From Phoronis australis (lineage: Eukaryota > Animalia > Phoronida), in contig NMRA01000347.1 of assembly GCA_002633005.1 (NCBI GenBank), positions 343,311-407,310 of the forward strand: a stretch of 64,000 nt of DNA, in the 5' to 3' direction. The notes under the pieces are model-generated. The model did not search any database. It saw only the letters and a program-made list of their open reading frames with translations, and was not told the origin of the DNA. A program made the position numbers and the translations under genes. Positions 25,601-36,942 of the stretch are shown here, in pieces (position 1 is the stretch's first letter; every line of letters starts with the position of its first letter).

Positions 25601-28600
25601 AACGATCTTTCTTGTCGAAAAATTCGACGTGTCTAAAACTTTCAACAACATGACGCAACCTTTGTTAAAACACGCTTGCGCCATGTAAAGCTCAATTACA
25701 ATTGTGAATTGCATCAAGCATTCGTAACAAATATTCAAGTTAGAGTCTAATAAATAATCTTTGAAGTAGTAATAATAAACTTAAAAATATGTTTATAAAT
25801 AAAAGTCAGCAAAGCTTCCCCGCAAGTGAGCACTGAATTGACCTTGAGACAGAACAGCTAGTCTGTCTCGTAGCGATTCTTGAGTTGGGGTTCGTCTCCG
25901 TTTGAAATTGAACGTGGATATGGAATTCGCCGCGATAGATGGGTCCGTTTCACTGAGAAGTTGCTTGCCTGTCCTTCCGACTAGTACGTACAGTCACGAC
26001 AGCCGATTTGTCAACCATAATCTTGTCACCTTCACGAATTCCATTATTGTGTTTTGCAGACGATAAAATGTAAGGCGTATGGAATTCTACTTTTTGAGTT
26101 GCCCATGTAATATCAAAAAAAATACTTACTCGGCGTTATTAACCAGTCGTATTGTAACACATTCCATGTCATTTGAGAAAATGCGATATTATTCCACCCC
26201 TGTTGAGATTTACATATTCATACAAACGATATCTTGTCATTAACTAAAACGGCATACAACCCATAAACCTTGAATCAAGTTTTAACAAAATTTGCCAAAA
26301 CCGATTTGGGAATAATCGACGAAAAGGAAAATCTTGTCATAAACTGAAATGAGGGTGTTAAGATTGTCAACTGCGTCCGAAAAGTGACAAGTGACTGCGT
26401 ATTCCTACTACATATATCTGCTTTAAGTAACCTCCGCCAAAATTGATGGACAGTTAATTTCTTATAGAAAACTAAACCGGCAAAAGGCAGTGCCGCGATC
26501 GTTGACTTATCGAAGCTCCGCCCCTTGCGCAATGTCGATAAACAAACAAAAAATTTTGTTTGTCGGGTAAAATGGCGTCTTGGAAACGAAGGAATGTCAA
26601 GAATGCTGCGTTCTGAGTGGTCAGCTAGCCGTCACTCAAAATCCTGGCGATAGGTCAATTGACAGGTTATGACTCATACCGTTACATAACCCTGCGTCAA
26701 ATTTCAACATGGTTTTTGAAACAGTTTTAGTGAAAATAGACAGACTATCAAAAATAACGACTGATTGACGTAAGTCTGACTTCATGCGGCGGCAGATTGT
26801 TTGTGAGCGCGTAAGGACAGATCGAGCAAGATTCCTTTACTTAGGCTGTATTCAAGAAGTCGCAACTAATGCCCGAGTCGATCAAATAATACTCACATAT
26901 TCCATTTTAAATGTAATCTTTTGAGCAGCGATGTCTTCTGACCGGATATGGTACTTAACACTTCCAAGGACCTCGTTGGTTATGTAGTTCTCGTCCATCA
27001 GAATTATTTCTAGAAACGACGACACAACGATATGCAGTCGAGGATGAAGCTAGGTTAGCTACGGAGGGTGTTTTGGCCAAGTGGTCAGCGTTGGACAATT
27101 ATCACGTGATGGCACACCTTCAATGCACACTTGCGCTTAAAGAGTTTCCCATAGAATAATCCGAGCCATCCACATTGCGTTTCTCTCAAAAATAAACAAT
27201 TTTTGATAGTCCGCTGCGCGTGGCGTGGGAGTTCCCTTAATTGGAAGGTACGAATGACGTTATTTACATACGTTACGAGTGCGACATGACTTAAGTTATA
27301 AAATTTGGGCATCTACAATTTTCAAAATTTTCTGAGGCGGATGGTGTGCATTTTTCAAGGGAATCGTGAAATCGAACTCATCGTAATTGTGCTCTGAATT
27401 TGTTATTACAGTGTTGCCTCGATGATTTGTGAAATTGGATAAAATTTGAGAACGCAAAGATTTGACTATTTGATACTGTATCAATACTCGGATCACTCAC
27501 CTGTCGGTTGTCACTTTTTGGAGTTGTCGTCGGAGTTCTAACTCAAATTAGGTTTTGGAAATCGCTATGTACCCCTATTCTCCGTGATGTGCAAAGCAGG
27601 TGAAAAAATTAAAACACGACTCTTCAATTTTGAAAAATCACCCTCAGGTTTCGTGAAGTGACACTCCTGCACCCCTTTTACCGACGTTAATTACCCTTGG
27701 AAGAGCCTACCTATGTCGTGCTCCGTATTGGCTTCAACAAAAAAGTCGAAGCTTTCGTTCCAGACGGGATTAATGTTGTTAACAAAGGCGGTCGTAGTGA
27801 CCTCGGGATGTGCCGCGCCATTCACACGTAATATTACGAACGGGTCGGGCGTATCCACTGTAAAATAAAGGTTTAAATGTAAGTGGTGAAATTATAAAAT
27901 CCAAATCAAAACGTTAAACAAGTTTTAATTGATTTCTTTTTGTTGCTAATTAATGCGACGAATAAAATCCAAAATATGCGACCGTAGACAAAATTTGGCA
28001 AAGAACTAAATACGTTGGCTTTTAGCCATCGCACCAGGAAGTACTTTCCAACGCTTGCAAGTGACTTTATTCTGATCTCTTAACCTTGTCAAAGTCATTC
28101 AATTGAAGCCAAATACGTTATTGAATTCCATACGGTGTCAACAGGAAAGCAGAAACATTCCAATTTAAAAAGTCCATATTTTCGTATACAACTAAAGGAA
28201 CCATGTTTTGCTCCTCAATTCGCAAAGTTTGTGTTTCCGCAGTGAATATACCGTGAATGTCGTCAAGTAGTCCATCCCCCCAAAACAAAACAGAACCTTA
28301 ACATAAGCCCATGGACCTACGTTTAAACGCGCGTTAAAATCACAGTCAGTAAGTTTTCCCCAAGTAAACAGTGTCAGCGAGTGTCGAACAAAAACAGACT
28401 TTACGAGAAACAAGGCTGAGTTTAATGTATTTCTGCACGTTATGGTTTAACTACTAAATAAGCCATCATTGACACCATAAACTGTCTCAACTCCACCTTC
28501 CTGTCCTCACTAGGTGTCGCTAGCTCATTTTCTGTTCAAAGATTCCCTGTTGTCGAATGTACGTACAGGATTATATCCGAGCTACAGTGTACTAGAAAGT

Positions 28601-31600
28601 AAAAACATGCCAATTTTCCGAACATGTGCCCTGCGTCTTATTATTGCCAGGAATTCCCGGAACCACCGGTTCCTATCTCTGCCTTAGATCTCGGCACAAC
28701 GCATACATTTATCAATTCATCACTGTTAACCTCTAGCTTATGCCTTGTTAAACAGATTTGGAGCGATATGAGCAGTATCTTTTACTTTGATGTGATGAAT
28801 ACAACAACAGAGGACCATACATGTATATAACATACCTAAGTCTCCAAGCAATCCTTTGGAAACCTTTCGTGCTTCCAAGACAGTCACCCTAATTACGCAG
28901 CATTCGTTGTGTTTAACCTGCGGAAAACACACATATGCGCGTGGTCTGTAATACGAGTTATTAATCCACTAAACACTGAATCAGATTAGTGATTGAATTT
29001 CACTAAGGAAAATAATACCGTATAATATTGTATTTTTACAGATGCAGGAAAAAGTATTCTGTGTGAACAACCTCTCGCATTAAGAACTCTGTTTCGAATA
29101 TTTTCAAACTGAAATGTGATCGATGTAAAACGAGTTGGAGTCCAATGTGCCACAAGCACGTGCCATTTAATTAATACCGAGTACCAACGTTACTCTCTAG
29201 TCTCTTTTCAGTGAGGAATGATAGTATCACATCACGTGATATGCAAGTATGAGGGACATAAAGTGCAGTGCCGGGTTTGATTTAATGCCCCAGCTTTGTG
29301 TAGCATCAGAAAATCTATTATTTCCAAGAGTAATAATTCTAAGTTCTCTGAGCAATATTCAGTCAAGGAGCGGATAAAAAACTAATTTGTTTCATGCACA
29401 AAACGGCATGACACAGTGACGGATTTTGATTACTGTTTTGATTCAAGTTCATAATCCGTCATCAGCGTTCACTTTACACTATATGCTGGAAAGCAATGCG
29501 CCGCGACACCTACGTGTATGCAAAAGAAACGTAGCCGTGATCCATAACAATTTCAATTAACCAAAAGGATTTAGAATAAAATGCATAACATCATATGTGT
29601 GGCAAAATTCATGTCGTTACTTTTTACGTATTGTAATATTTCCGTAATAAGTGATGAAGGAATTAAGTATCAGCCAAATATGGACACCGTTAGGTGGCAG
29701 CACAGTGTGTAAAATGTCCAAAGACTTACCTCGAACAGCTGAAACCAGTCAAACCTGCAATAATAAGAAATCGTTGGTAAAACAAGGCAACAAAACCAAC
29801 ACAAAGAATGGAATACACCCGCGACTACAACGCAAAACGGTGCGGTTATGTGAACGCTTTTAGAGCTCTAACTTTTGAACTCTAAGTGATGCAGAACGTC
29901 GAAGATGGATTAAGTTTATCATCAAAAACTATTTGCCAAATTTCATGAAAACCTGTTAAGAAACTCGAAGATTCAGAGGCAAACGCAAAAAGTCAAACTG
30001 CTTTTTCCTGTACGAGTGACATTGGTGGTCGGATTTTTCCGGAAGAAGTGAGTGCTTTCAAGTTTATATGCAAAAAAGTCACAAGGAGTATACAGAGACG
30101 TCGGACCCGCCCGAAAACCAACTTCAGTCGCGCTCTTACCAACAGGATCACATCCACCGAGTTTCGGGCCGATTTGACAGTTATAGAGACGGTCGAATCC
30201 AAAACAATATGGCGCAGGTGATACAAAATAACCCTCACTGCAGGGCGCTGCTGTTTCCGTAATAGAAAACCATCAGTGCGGACATGTTCAAAATTCGAAT
30301 TGAAAGTGATCGTTAAATATTTTGTTCATTTACTTTCCACTTTGATTGTGGATCGGTGAACTGACATGCATGCATGTTCGCGTGTGTGTGTTTCCGTTCT
30401 TTTAAATTCAGTACATGTCGATGGTAAGTTATCTATTGGCAGTCCTCCGTCGTTGGTCAAGAACCAGACATTTAAAGGCGAAAACAACGCTTTTCATGTA
30501 ACTTTTAGCAAAAATAACGTTCGTTGATTATCCCAGATACATTTTTCACTTAATTACAGCTTTTCGTAATTTGATTAATTTCTCGTCCTCTACTCCGGAA
30601 GTAACGTTTTGGGAGGCAAGAGTTTTACGCCAATTTCTTTTCATTATAGTCTGACTGTGAGAGCTGTCGAGTCAGTCATTGTTCTACCTCGGTGATTACG
30701 ACCGAAGCTCAAAAGAAATTTTACGCTCGTATTTTTCGCCACCACCCAGTAAATTAATAAGCACTTGATCTTGTTTTTGTTATGCAAATTGTTTGTTATT
30801 CAACTTTCTTGAATAAAAAGTGAGAGATTTACTAACAACATTTAGAAATTTTACTCCATAACCTCCCGAAACCGTTTTGAACCAATGTTTTTTGCAATGT
30901 CATATGTCATCTGCACGCATTGTTAAGAGTAAAAAATAGTTGTAGGCGGTCTGACACACGTTGTAGCAGACGTGCACAGGTCGTGCATGTGGGCCCAATG
31001 CACTTATCACCTGGAACCATTTTATGATATATGAATATATATTTAAAACCGAGCTGAGTAGCTTGAAACCTGACTCAAGTGACCCAGTGGGACTCGAACC
31101 CACGCCCTCGAGTAAAGAAAGCGGGCACTTATCACACTAGGCCGCACTGCCTCCTCCTATCGTTAAGATTAAAAGAATGAAACTTTGCGTAAATAAATGA
31201 AAAATATGGTTATTTTAAAAAATCATAGAAAAGCATTGTCAGACAACTTGCTACATATACAATTTGGCACATCAATATGTACTAAATCGAGACCACTTTC
31301 AAGTGCCTGGGACGGTTAGGTCAGCAAGTAAAAACATTTCAGTCAGTTTTTGATATTTTCAAACTTTTGCACTTATATACTTCGCATCTGAGATTTCACT
31401 TTCTGAATACATCATAACATGTAAAAAAAACGATCATAAAATTACGAACTTAAGACTACGACCGCAAAACAGTAGAGTAAAATTACGAGCGCACAACTGC
31501 TTCAGAGCTCACAAACCAATTTCTCATTGGATGTTACTATTTCTGCTGTAAAATACGAGCGAAATCTCGGTCGTAATTACTCGCGACACTTTCACCGGTG

Positions 31601-34600
31601 CGGACGCGGTACTTTCTGTGACACATTGCATCTGAATTTGAGCTGCATTCTATGCGAGTAACTGTTACGGCATCCTGGTTTCAGGTATTACAAAATCCGT
31701 CTGATCTCAGGAACGCAAAGCTGAGTGCCCCCTAATTAAGCTGGGCCAAGAGCCTTACCGAGAACTCGATATGTCGACGTTTGCAAAATATCAAAGGTCT
31801 ACCGTTCTACAAATTCGAACCACCCCCGCGTCATGCTGGCTACGGGCCTGAAAACCGAATTCCATCAAGGCCTGTCAAGGAAGATATAAAATACGCCAGA
31901 AAACAATAAAGATACGGAAGTCAACGCAAAAAAGTAAAACTGCCACTAGGGGGCACAGCGACAGTCAGATCATTTAGAAACTCATCGCCGTCAGTTGTCA
32001 GCTTCATCCGAACTTCTCTTCCAAACCTCATTAAGAGTAAATTCTGCAAGGCGTTTAGGAGACACAGCACCAGACGCCGCAGTCCTGGGCCGAAATGACG
32101 GCACTGTGAAATTCTATTTGCATATCCGAGCGCATAAAAAGACGTTAAAATGTGCATAAAAGGGGGGACCATATAGGGTACTTCAAGTGTGCTACGCTAC
32201 AAAGTATCAAGCTGGCGTCATAGCTTATCGGTAATATTGTCTGAGCCCACTTTTTGTATAACCCCAAAAACGTCAATGTCAAATTCATTATTGACACATA
32301 TATCATTAACCGCAATCTAATGTCGACATTTATCTGATCTAAACACAAAAGCCATTTAGCTTATGTTTTCCTCTGACACCAAAGTACTCTCGCTCAGTGT
32401 GATGGGCACTTGTGATATTAGCCGACACTTCCTTGATTTTCGGATAACTTCAAGTAATTCTAAGAGGGGCGATTGTCATCTGTGCAGCAAAAAATTATAT
32501 TGTATTGTATTACTATGCTTACAAAGGGATCTAAAAAAATTATTATTCAGTTGATTGGTGTTTGCTTTCATTTTAGTCTAATTGCATCCCAATAATTATT
32601 ATATTTGCGAAACAACATCAAAATTATGTTTTCCTCAAGTAATTTATAAATGATAATTCCTCAAAATTGGTTTTATGTCTAGAAATCTTGTTTTTACCCA
32701 AGATAATTATAATCTTCACCACAGGCTCAGGCCTGGCTTGAGGGTCTCGGTATACAACTTGGTCTCCACCCAGTAGGTGACGGTGTTCCAAATGTGTGAC
32801 TAGGCAAATTACACTAGGACGGCAATCTTGGGATATCTTGGCTTCTACTTCGGTACATTCCGAACCCTTCGTGAGGCGAGAGCCCACTAGACGACGGTCT
32901 ACTGGAGTCTAGAACCTTCTGCTTAGTTATCTGTATTGCTGCAGCTTGTGGAATATTGACTGACCCGTACGAATATTCAGTGACCTTTTTGCAAGTACGT
33001 GGAACGCAAATAAATGCGTGCGCCTTAGATTTCGTCCAGAACACCTCGGGTGTTTTGCTGATCTCAATTTTCTCTGGGAATTGAAAGCTATCTGCGCTTG
33101 TGTGGCAAGTCATTAAACTTTCGAAGATACCTTCTGCGTTGCATATGACCAGGACATAAATTTGTGGCATGGGGAACTCCTCGGGTATTTTCGTATGTTA
33201 CGAAAATACTCGAGGTGTTCCAGATGACCGCTATCTCACAATCCTTTGTTTGCGGATATGACGTTCCTCGTTATCCGTAAAAAGGTCAATATTCTAAGAC
33301 CTCTTGTGGTCATGATCAGGCACTCGGACCAGAGTCTCGAAATTTTGGTTCCATTTTGGTCGAGACCCAGTTGGTGAAATGAGCGGACGTGTTGTGATAA
33401 ATCAGACCTTTAAACAATACAGTGCGACACCACACCGAGCACAATACAGTGCGATGAAATTCGAAACAATACAATACGACATAATGCATTACGGTACGCT
33501 ACAATACGATTCAACACCACGTTGCAGTAAAACAAAACAAACAACATGGCATGATTTAATATGAAATAAAAATGTCTGCCGTGTCTCGATGACTGATACG
33601 TAAGACTACGGGGTACTTTTCTTTTCAAAATTCACAGCCGCTGTAAATCATAGTCCAGTGTTAAAAATAGCATCGACTTTCTTCACAGAGCATTTGTTCC
33701 TCAAAAGCAATGTTAGCGCGACAGTGTATTTCGTTTGAATAGAACTGTGCTACAACATACATGGGCTGCGCAACACTGAAAAAGTGGGGGGCTAAAGCCC
33801 CTCAGCCCCCTGTGGTGCACTAGCTATAGACCACGTGCGGCGTAGCACTGAAAAAGTGGGGGCTATAGCCCCAAGCTCCCTATGGTGAGTCGCCCATGTC
33901 ATATCGGCAGGACTTCCCAAGGGCCATAATACTTGCTGCCCTGGCGGCGGAAACTAACTCTCCGAGACAAGCAACTTAGGTGGGTCTCTATGAAGCAATA
34001 ACGACCTGTCAAGTCTTGTCAAACCTAGCAATCATTTTTACAAGAATCAATATGAGACTGGTCGAATACGATTAAGTGGGTTCCCAGAGTAATATAGATC
34101 CGTCTACCTCCTACACTGGGATGGGTCCGCCTAACTCCTACACTGGGATGGGTCCTACCTGCTACACTGGGATGGGTCCTACCTGCTACACTGGGATGGG
34201 TCCTACCTGCTACACTGGGATGGGTCCTACCTGCTACACTGGGATGGGTCCTACCTCCCACACCCCATTGTGTTTGCGCAGTGAATTTGAACAGCGTTTC
34301 CCTGTCTCCGCAAATCCGGCAATTGAAAATCAGCGAAGTATCTCAATATAGGTGGGGAACTTTTTTAAAAGTACATGGATTTCGTTGCCAAATCGATCCA
34401 AAGAAGACAGAACGGAAGAGCTTAGGCCTATTTTGTCACTCCTAAACGATATCTCTCATGTAATGTTTCTAACGCATAAATAGTTGGTGTATTTATTGAT
34501 GACACGTCCTAATGGATAATAAAAAAATATAAAAAATAATTACAGGCAGTCTGGTACACGTTGTAATAGACGTGCGCAGGCGCGCATGTGGGCCCATTGC

Positions 34601-36942
34601 ACTGATCACCTGGAAATATTTTTGTGCTTTATTAATATCTAGTTAAAACCGAGCCGAGGAGATAGAAACCTGACTCAAGGGTCTAGAAGTGTGGCCCAGT
34701 GGGACTCGAACCCACGACCTCCAGTAAAGAAAGCGGGCACCATCACACTAGGCCACACTGCCTCCTTCCCTAACGTATAAGGTCCTTGCATGTCTTTTTC
34801 TCGTTGTCCAAACGTGAGTATGAATAGTTACAAAAATAGACTTAATTTTCAAACATGCATTAGCTTCAAAAATTCGTAATAACTTCCGGCAAAAAAGATG
34901 AACACCGACAAATCACAAATTGTACTGTGTTCAGATATAAATTTTGGAACGAGATGTAGACATGTATGGCTGTGTGTAAACACTGCAGCAATGAAATTCA
35001 AAAAACACGTGTTATTGGTATGTAGTGGATGAATCGTGTCGGTCAACTATTCCACTTTTGATTGAAACACCTATAGATGAAATATGTTAAGCAAAGAATA
35101 AAAGATGCAAATGACCACTGAACTGAAAGAATGGCCTGTTATCGTCAGTTGCAAAGGCTTGGCGTTGACGTGCTAGGAACTTTAACTGGCTTTAACGCAC
35201 AGGCAGGGGTGAACATGCTTCCAATATGAAGTCATCGCTTGTATGTCGTGACATTTTCAATGAGATAGCGGTAATTTGTAAAACAAATAACAAGGAAGAA
35301 AGGAAATGTTTTAAACAACGCCCTCAGCAAGGAAATCATTTTTTCTCATATGCCGTTATCTTTTTTGTAATTACATAGAACAGAACCCACTCCGTACTTC
35401 TCGTGTTCACAGTCCCCCCATTACACACGTACGAACAAGATGACGTCCGTCACTTTGAAAACACAACCCTATATGCACGGCGATACATTAGTGCTGTAGG
35501 TTTTAAAATATCGGTGCCCTAGATCTACATGTAAGCTAATATGAACGTACCCGGCGGTAATGATTGAGAATGCAAGTTTTTAAAAGCCACATACCTTTGT
35601 ACAATATGAATCTGGTACACTAATGATAAACTCATCGATACGCATTATCGAGTTTTCATGGACAAAGCTTCTTCACGGCTTCTGATATACCACGTGATGT
35701 TCAACTTTGTTGGCAAATTTCGCACAGGTTTTCATAGGTCCAATTCAAAAGAGTTTTAAAACAAGGCCCCAGAGTCTATCTTAACACTAGGTACGACTGG
35801 AAAATCAAGATAATTTCTAGGTGTAGCGTGAACTCGGTGAAAAAGGAACACATTTGTAGTGACAATTGACACGTCGTAAAATGTAACAATTTCGTATCAT
35901 TGTTACATGTACATGATATTTGTCTCACGGAGGAAAACCGTTCACACTTAACGCCTTCTTTCTTGGTTTGTGTGAATGAATTTCTATCAAATGTGCCAGG
36001 TCGAATTTATAGATGTGCCCCTGTGTGCTTTCCATGTATTTTAAAATGTCTGAGTAGTTTTATGGTATAGTAAAAATTGTACAGCGTACAGTTTCAACAC
36101 CACACGAAAGGATTTTCCACGATCAGGTAACAAGTTTTTTTATTGTTAAAGCATTCTTGCAATATTTTGTTGACACTCACAGGTCATAAACCAATTGTGT
36201 TTCCGGCATTACAGTACACACGCTTCCTTTGGTAAGCACAACGACATCGTATTTGGCTGATATTTGTCGTACAGCATTTCTTCGGGAACAAACGACAAAA
36301 AACAAAGCCGAGTGATTCAAAGCGTGATCAGTTACATCATTGACGAGGTAAGTAAAGTTGTTGTCAGATTTAAAATAGGCAGTGTTTTCCGACGCGATAT
36401 AGCTTTCATAGCGTTAAAAAACAGTCCCATGTTTAGTAGAAATAAACAAAATTGTACAGGTCCAACTGAAATGGGCATTCTGCAATAACGTATCTATGCC
36501 ACGCTATATGTTTTCTGCGATTCAAAAGAACATATCAATGAAAAATCCTCAAACTGATGACCGAGTTTATTCCTAGGCAAGAACGATTCAAATCGATTTA
36601 AAGCTTACCAATGCGACATTGATGATATTTTATAGTTTTGCCGGCAATGCAGTTTTTTATCTCATTGAAAACTGAAATCGGGGGGCACTCTGTTCGAAAT
36701 TTCAAGACTGTACAATATTTGCATGCCACGACAAAGAGTACATGTATGTACACGAGGGCTGTCGGTCGTCCAATATATTAGAATAGACAAAAATTGCAAT
36801 AAATCTCCTTGGAGTTGCACTTGCCAAAGTTCTTAGTAGCTGTCAATGAAAAAAAGACGTCAATCAATTAATCAACTGTCAACGGTGAATAAAATTCCTT
36901 TCCATGGTCTAAAGAGACTTACTCATCACTTGAAGTAGCCAT
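16356..36942 (-). CDS. PLA2G4A: Cytosolic phospholipase A2 alpha (group IVA) homolog; 15 coding exons, 2850 nt, 949 aa
   Basis: All introns are GT-AG and the phases join in frame. C2 domain (DTPDP, NNINPVWNE, MDENY), GSGGGFRAM, LSGS catalytic Ser, DAGLTFN catalytic Asp and YPFSPL MAPK-type site are present. Confidence 0.93.
17372..17558 (-). CDS. PLA2G4A: cPLA2 exon 14 (ELLLASKWARLN...YRAPG)
   Basis: CAG acceptor, GTAAG donor, 187 bp. ELLLA.KWA..N..PFP.ID and CP..LHFPLVN motifs. Confidence 0.93.
17897..18984 (-). CDS. PLA2G4A: cPLA2 exon 13 (1088 bp: acidic and basic insert, GRAAKIHNFMRGL, YPFSPL, catalytic Asp DAGLTFN)
   Basis: TTTCAG acceptor at 18985, GTGAGT donor at 17896, open frame throughout, LVDAGLTFNSPYPLLLRPQRGVD. 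Confidence 0.9.
19403..19498 (-). CDS. PLA2G4A: cPLA2 exon 12 (GLWGSAFTILLTRVF...ISM)
   Basis: TTGCAG acceptor, GTAAGG donor, 96 bp, G.WGSAF motif. Confidence 0.88.
20296..20433 (-). CDS. PLA2G4A: cPLA2 exon 11 (EWVEFNPFEIGMAKYGTF...PLHYLL)
   Basis: 138 bp with canonical splice sites; strongly conserved WVEF.P.EIGMAKYGTF. Confidence 0.95.
20772..20886 (-). CDS. PLA2G4A: cPLA2 exon 10 (RKEYRLSDMQEK...PLFSCLHVK...FH)
   Basis: 115 bp, CAG/GTAAG, P.PLF.CLHVK motif. Confidence 0.93.
21064..21250 (+). repeat. Old interspersed repeat; an interrupted copy lies at about 42252-42375 plus 43886-43988
   Basis: AAGCGTGACCT.CG.TT.TAGCGA, AACCA.AATG and GAGGA.TGGTTGAAATCACCA are shared. Confidence 0.55.
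21925..22147 (-). CDS. PLA2G4A: cPLA2 exon 9 (YLSQLYS...GQPVSFTDLFGHLIGETLIKN)
   Basis: 223 bp, TAG/GTAAGA, KK..GQPV.FTD.FG.LIGETLI motif. Confidence 0.95.
23045..23181 (-). CDS. PLA2G4A: cPLA2 exon 8 (VPTIGVLGSGGGFRAM...TYTGVLSGSSW; oxyanion loop and catalytic Ser)
   Basis: 137 bp, CAG/GTAAGT, GSGGGFRAM and LSGS motifs. Confidence 0.96.
23508..23640 (-). CDS. PLA2G4A: cPLA2 exon 7 (TKHDLRYSLSLCQEEKTFRKAR...ARE)
   Basis: 133 bp, CAG/GTGAGT, DLR.S..LC..EK.FR motif. Confidence 0.93.
24498..24652. mobile_element. 155-bp MITE (Harbinger-like TIR)
   Basis: GTTGCATAAAACTT ... AAGTTTTATGCAAC, a perfect 14-bp inverted core within CAG...CTG ends. Confidence 0.6.
25078..25115 (-). CDS. PLA2G4A: cPLA2 exon 6 (GCELDLEIGSSV; end of C2 domain)
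   Basis: 38 bp, CACAG/GTGAGT; phase 0 to 2 is exactly what is needed to join exons 5 and 7. Confidence 0.8.
26897..27009 (-). CDS. PLA2G4A: cPLA2 exon 5 (EIILMDENYITNEVLG...; C2 domain)
   Basis: 113 bp, TAG/GTGAGT, LMD.NY calcium-binding loop 3. Confidence 0.9.
27711..27857 (-). CDS. PLA2G4A: cPLA2 exon 4 (VDTPDPFV...NNINPVWNESFDF; C2 domain)
   Basis: 147 bp, CAG/GTAGGC, DTPDP and NPVWNE.F motifs. Confidence 0.93.
28836..28917 (-). CDS. PLA2G4A: cPLA2 exon 3 (VKHNECCVIRVTVLEARKVSKGLLGDL)
   Basis: 82 bp, CAG/GTATG; aligns by eye with VEHQ...VLRATKVTKGAFGDM of human cPLA2 alpha. Confidence 0.9.
29730..29754 (-). CDS. PLA2G4A: cPLA2 exon 2, a 25-bp micro-exon ((E)FDWFQLFE)
   Basis: TTGCAG acceptor, GTAAGT donor, phase 2 to 0; resembles human FIDPYQHII. 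Confidence 0.75.
30690..31583. mobile_element. Old DNA element with inverted ATTACGACCGA / GCTCGTATTTT subterminal motifs, interrupted by a SINE
   Basis: 30690-30736 is a gapped inverted match of 31549-31583. Several AAAATTACGA motifs. Confidence 0.4.
30941..31154 (-). mobile_element. tRNA-derived SINE, copy 1
   Basis: Minus strand reads GGAGGCAGTGCGGCCTAGTG (A box)...GGGTTCGAGTCCC (B box), followed by a body shared with 34542-34765. Confidence 0.8.
33760..33898. mobile_element. Short GC-rich MITE (CATGGGC...GCCCATG) with internal duplication; related end at about 14890-14938
   Basis: CACTGAAAAAGTGGGGGCTA.AGCCCC occurs twice. CATGGGCGGCGCAGCACTGAAAAG is on the minus strand at 14938. Confidence 0.5.
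34104..34260. repeat. 24-bp minisatellite (CTACACTGGGATGGGTCCTACCTG), about 6 units
   Basis: Directly visible tandem units; they explain the YTGMGPTC and GRTHPSVA ORFs. Confidence 0.95.
34542..34765 (-). mobile_element. tRNA-derived SINE, copy 2
   Basis: A box TGGCCTAGTG, B box GGTTCGAGTCC; colinear with 30941-31154. Confidence 0.8.
36923..36942 (-). CDS. PLA2G4A: cPLA2 exon 1, coding part (MATSSD(E))
   Basis: AAGATGG start context and GTAAGT donor in phase 2, matching exon 2. No homology support, so a different first exon is possible. Confidence 0.55.

Noticed and set aside
31080-31154. tRNA genes here, at 34690-34765 and at 62540-62612
   Set aside because: A and B boxes are present but the acceptor stems do not close, and the first two share a downstream body: SINE-type heads.
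34104-34260. Regular repeats resembling a CRISPR array or repeat protein (YTGMGPTC)n
   Set aside because: Head-to-tail 24-bp units with no unique spacers, no cas genes and a eukaryotic intronic context: a minisatellite.
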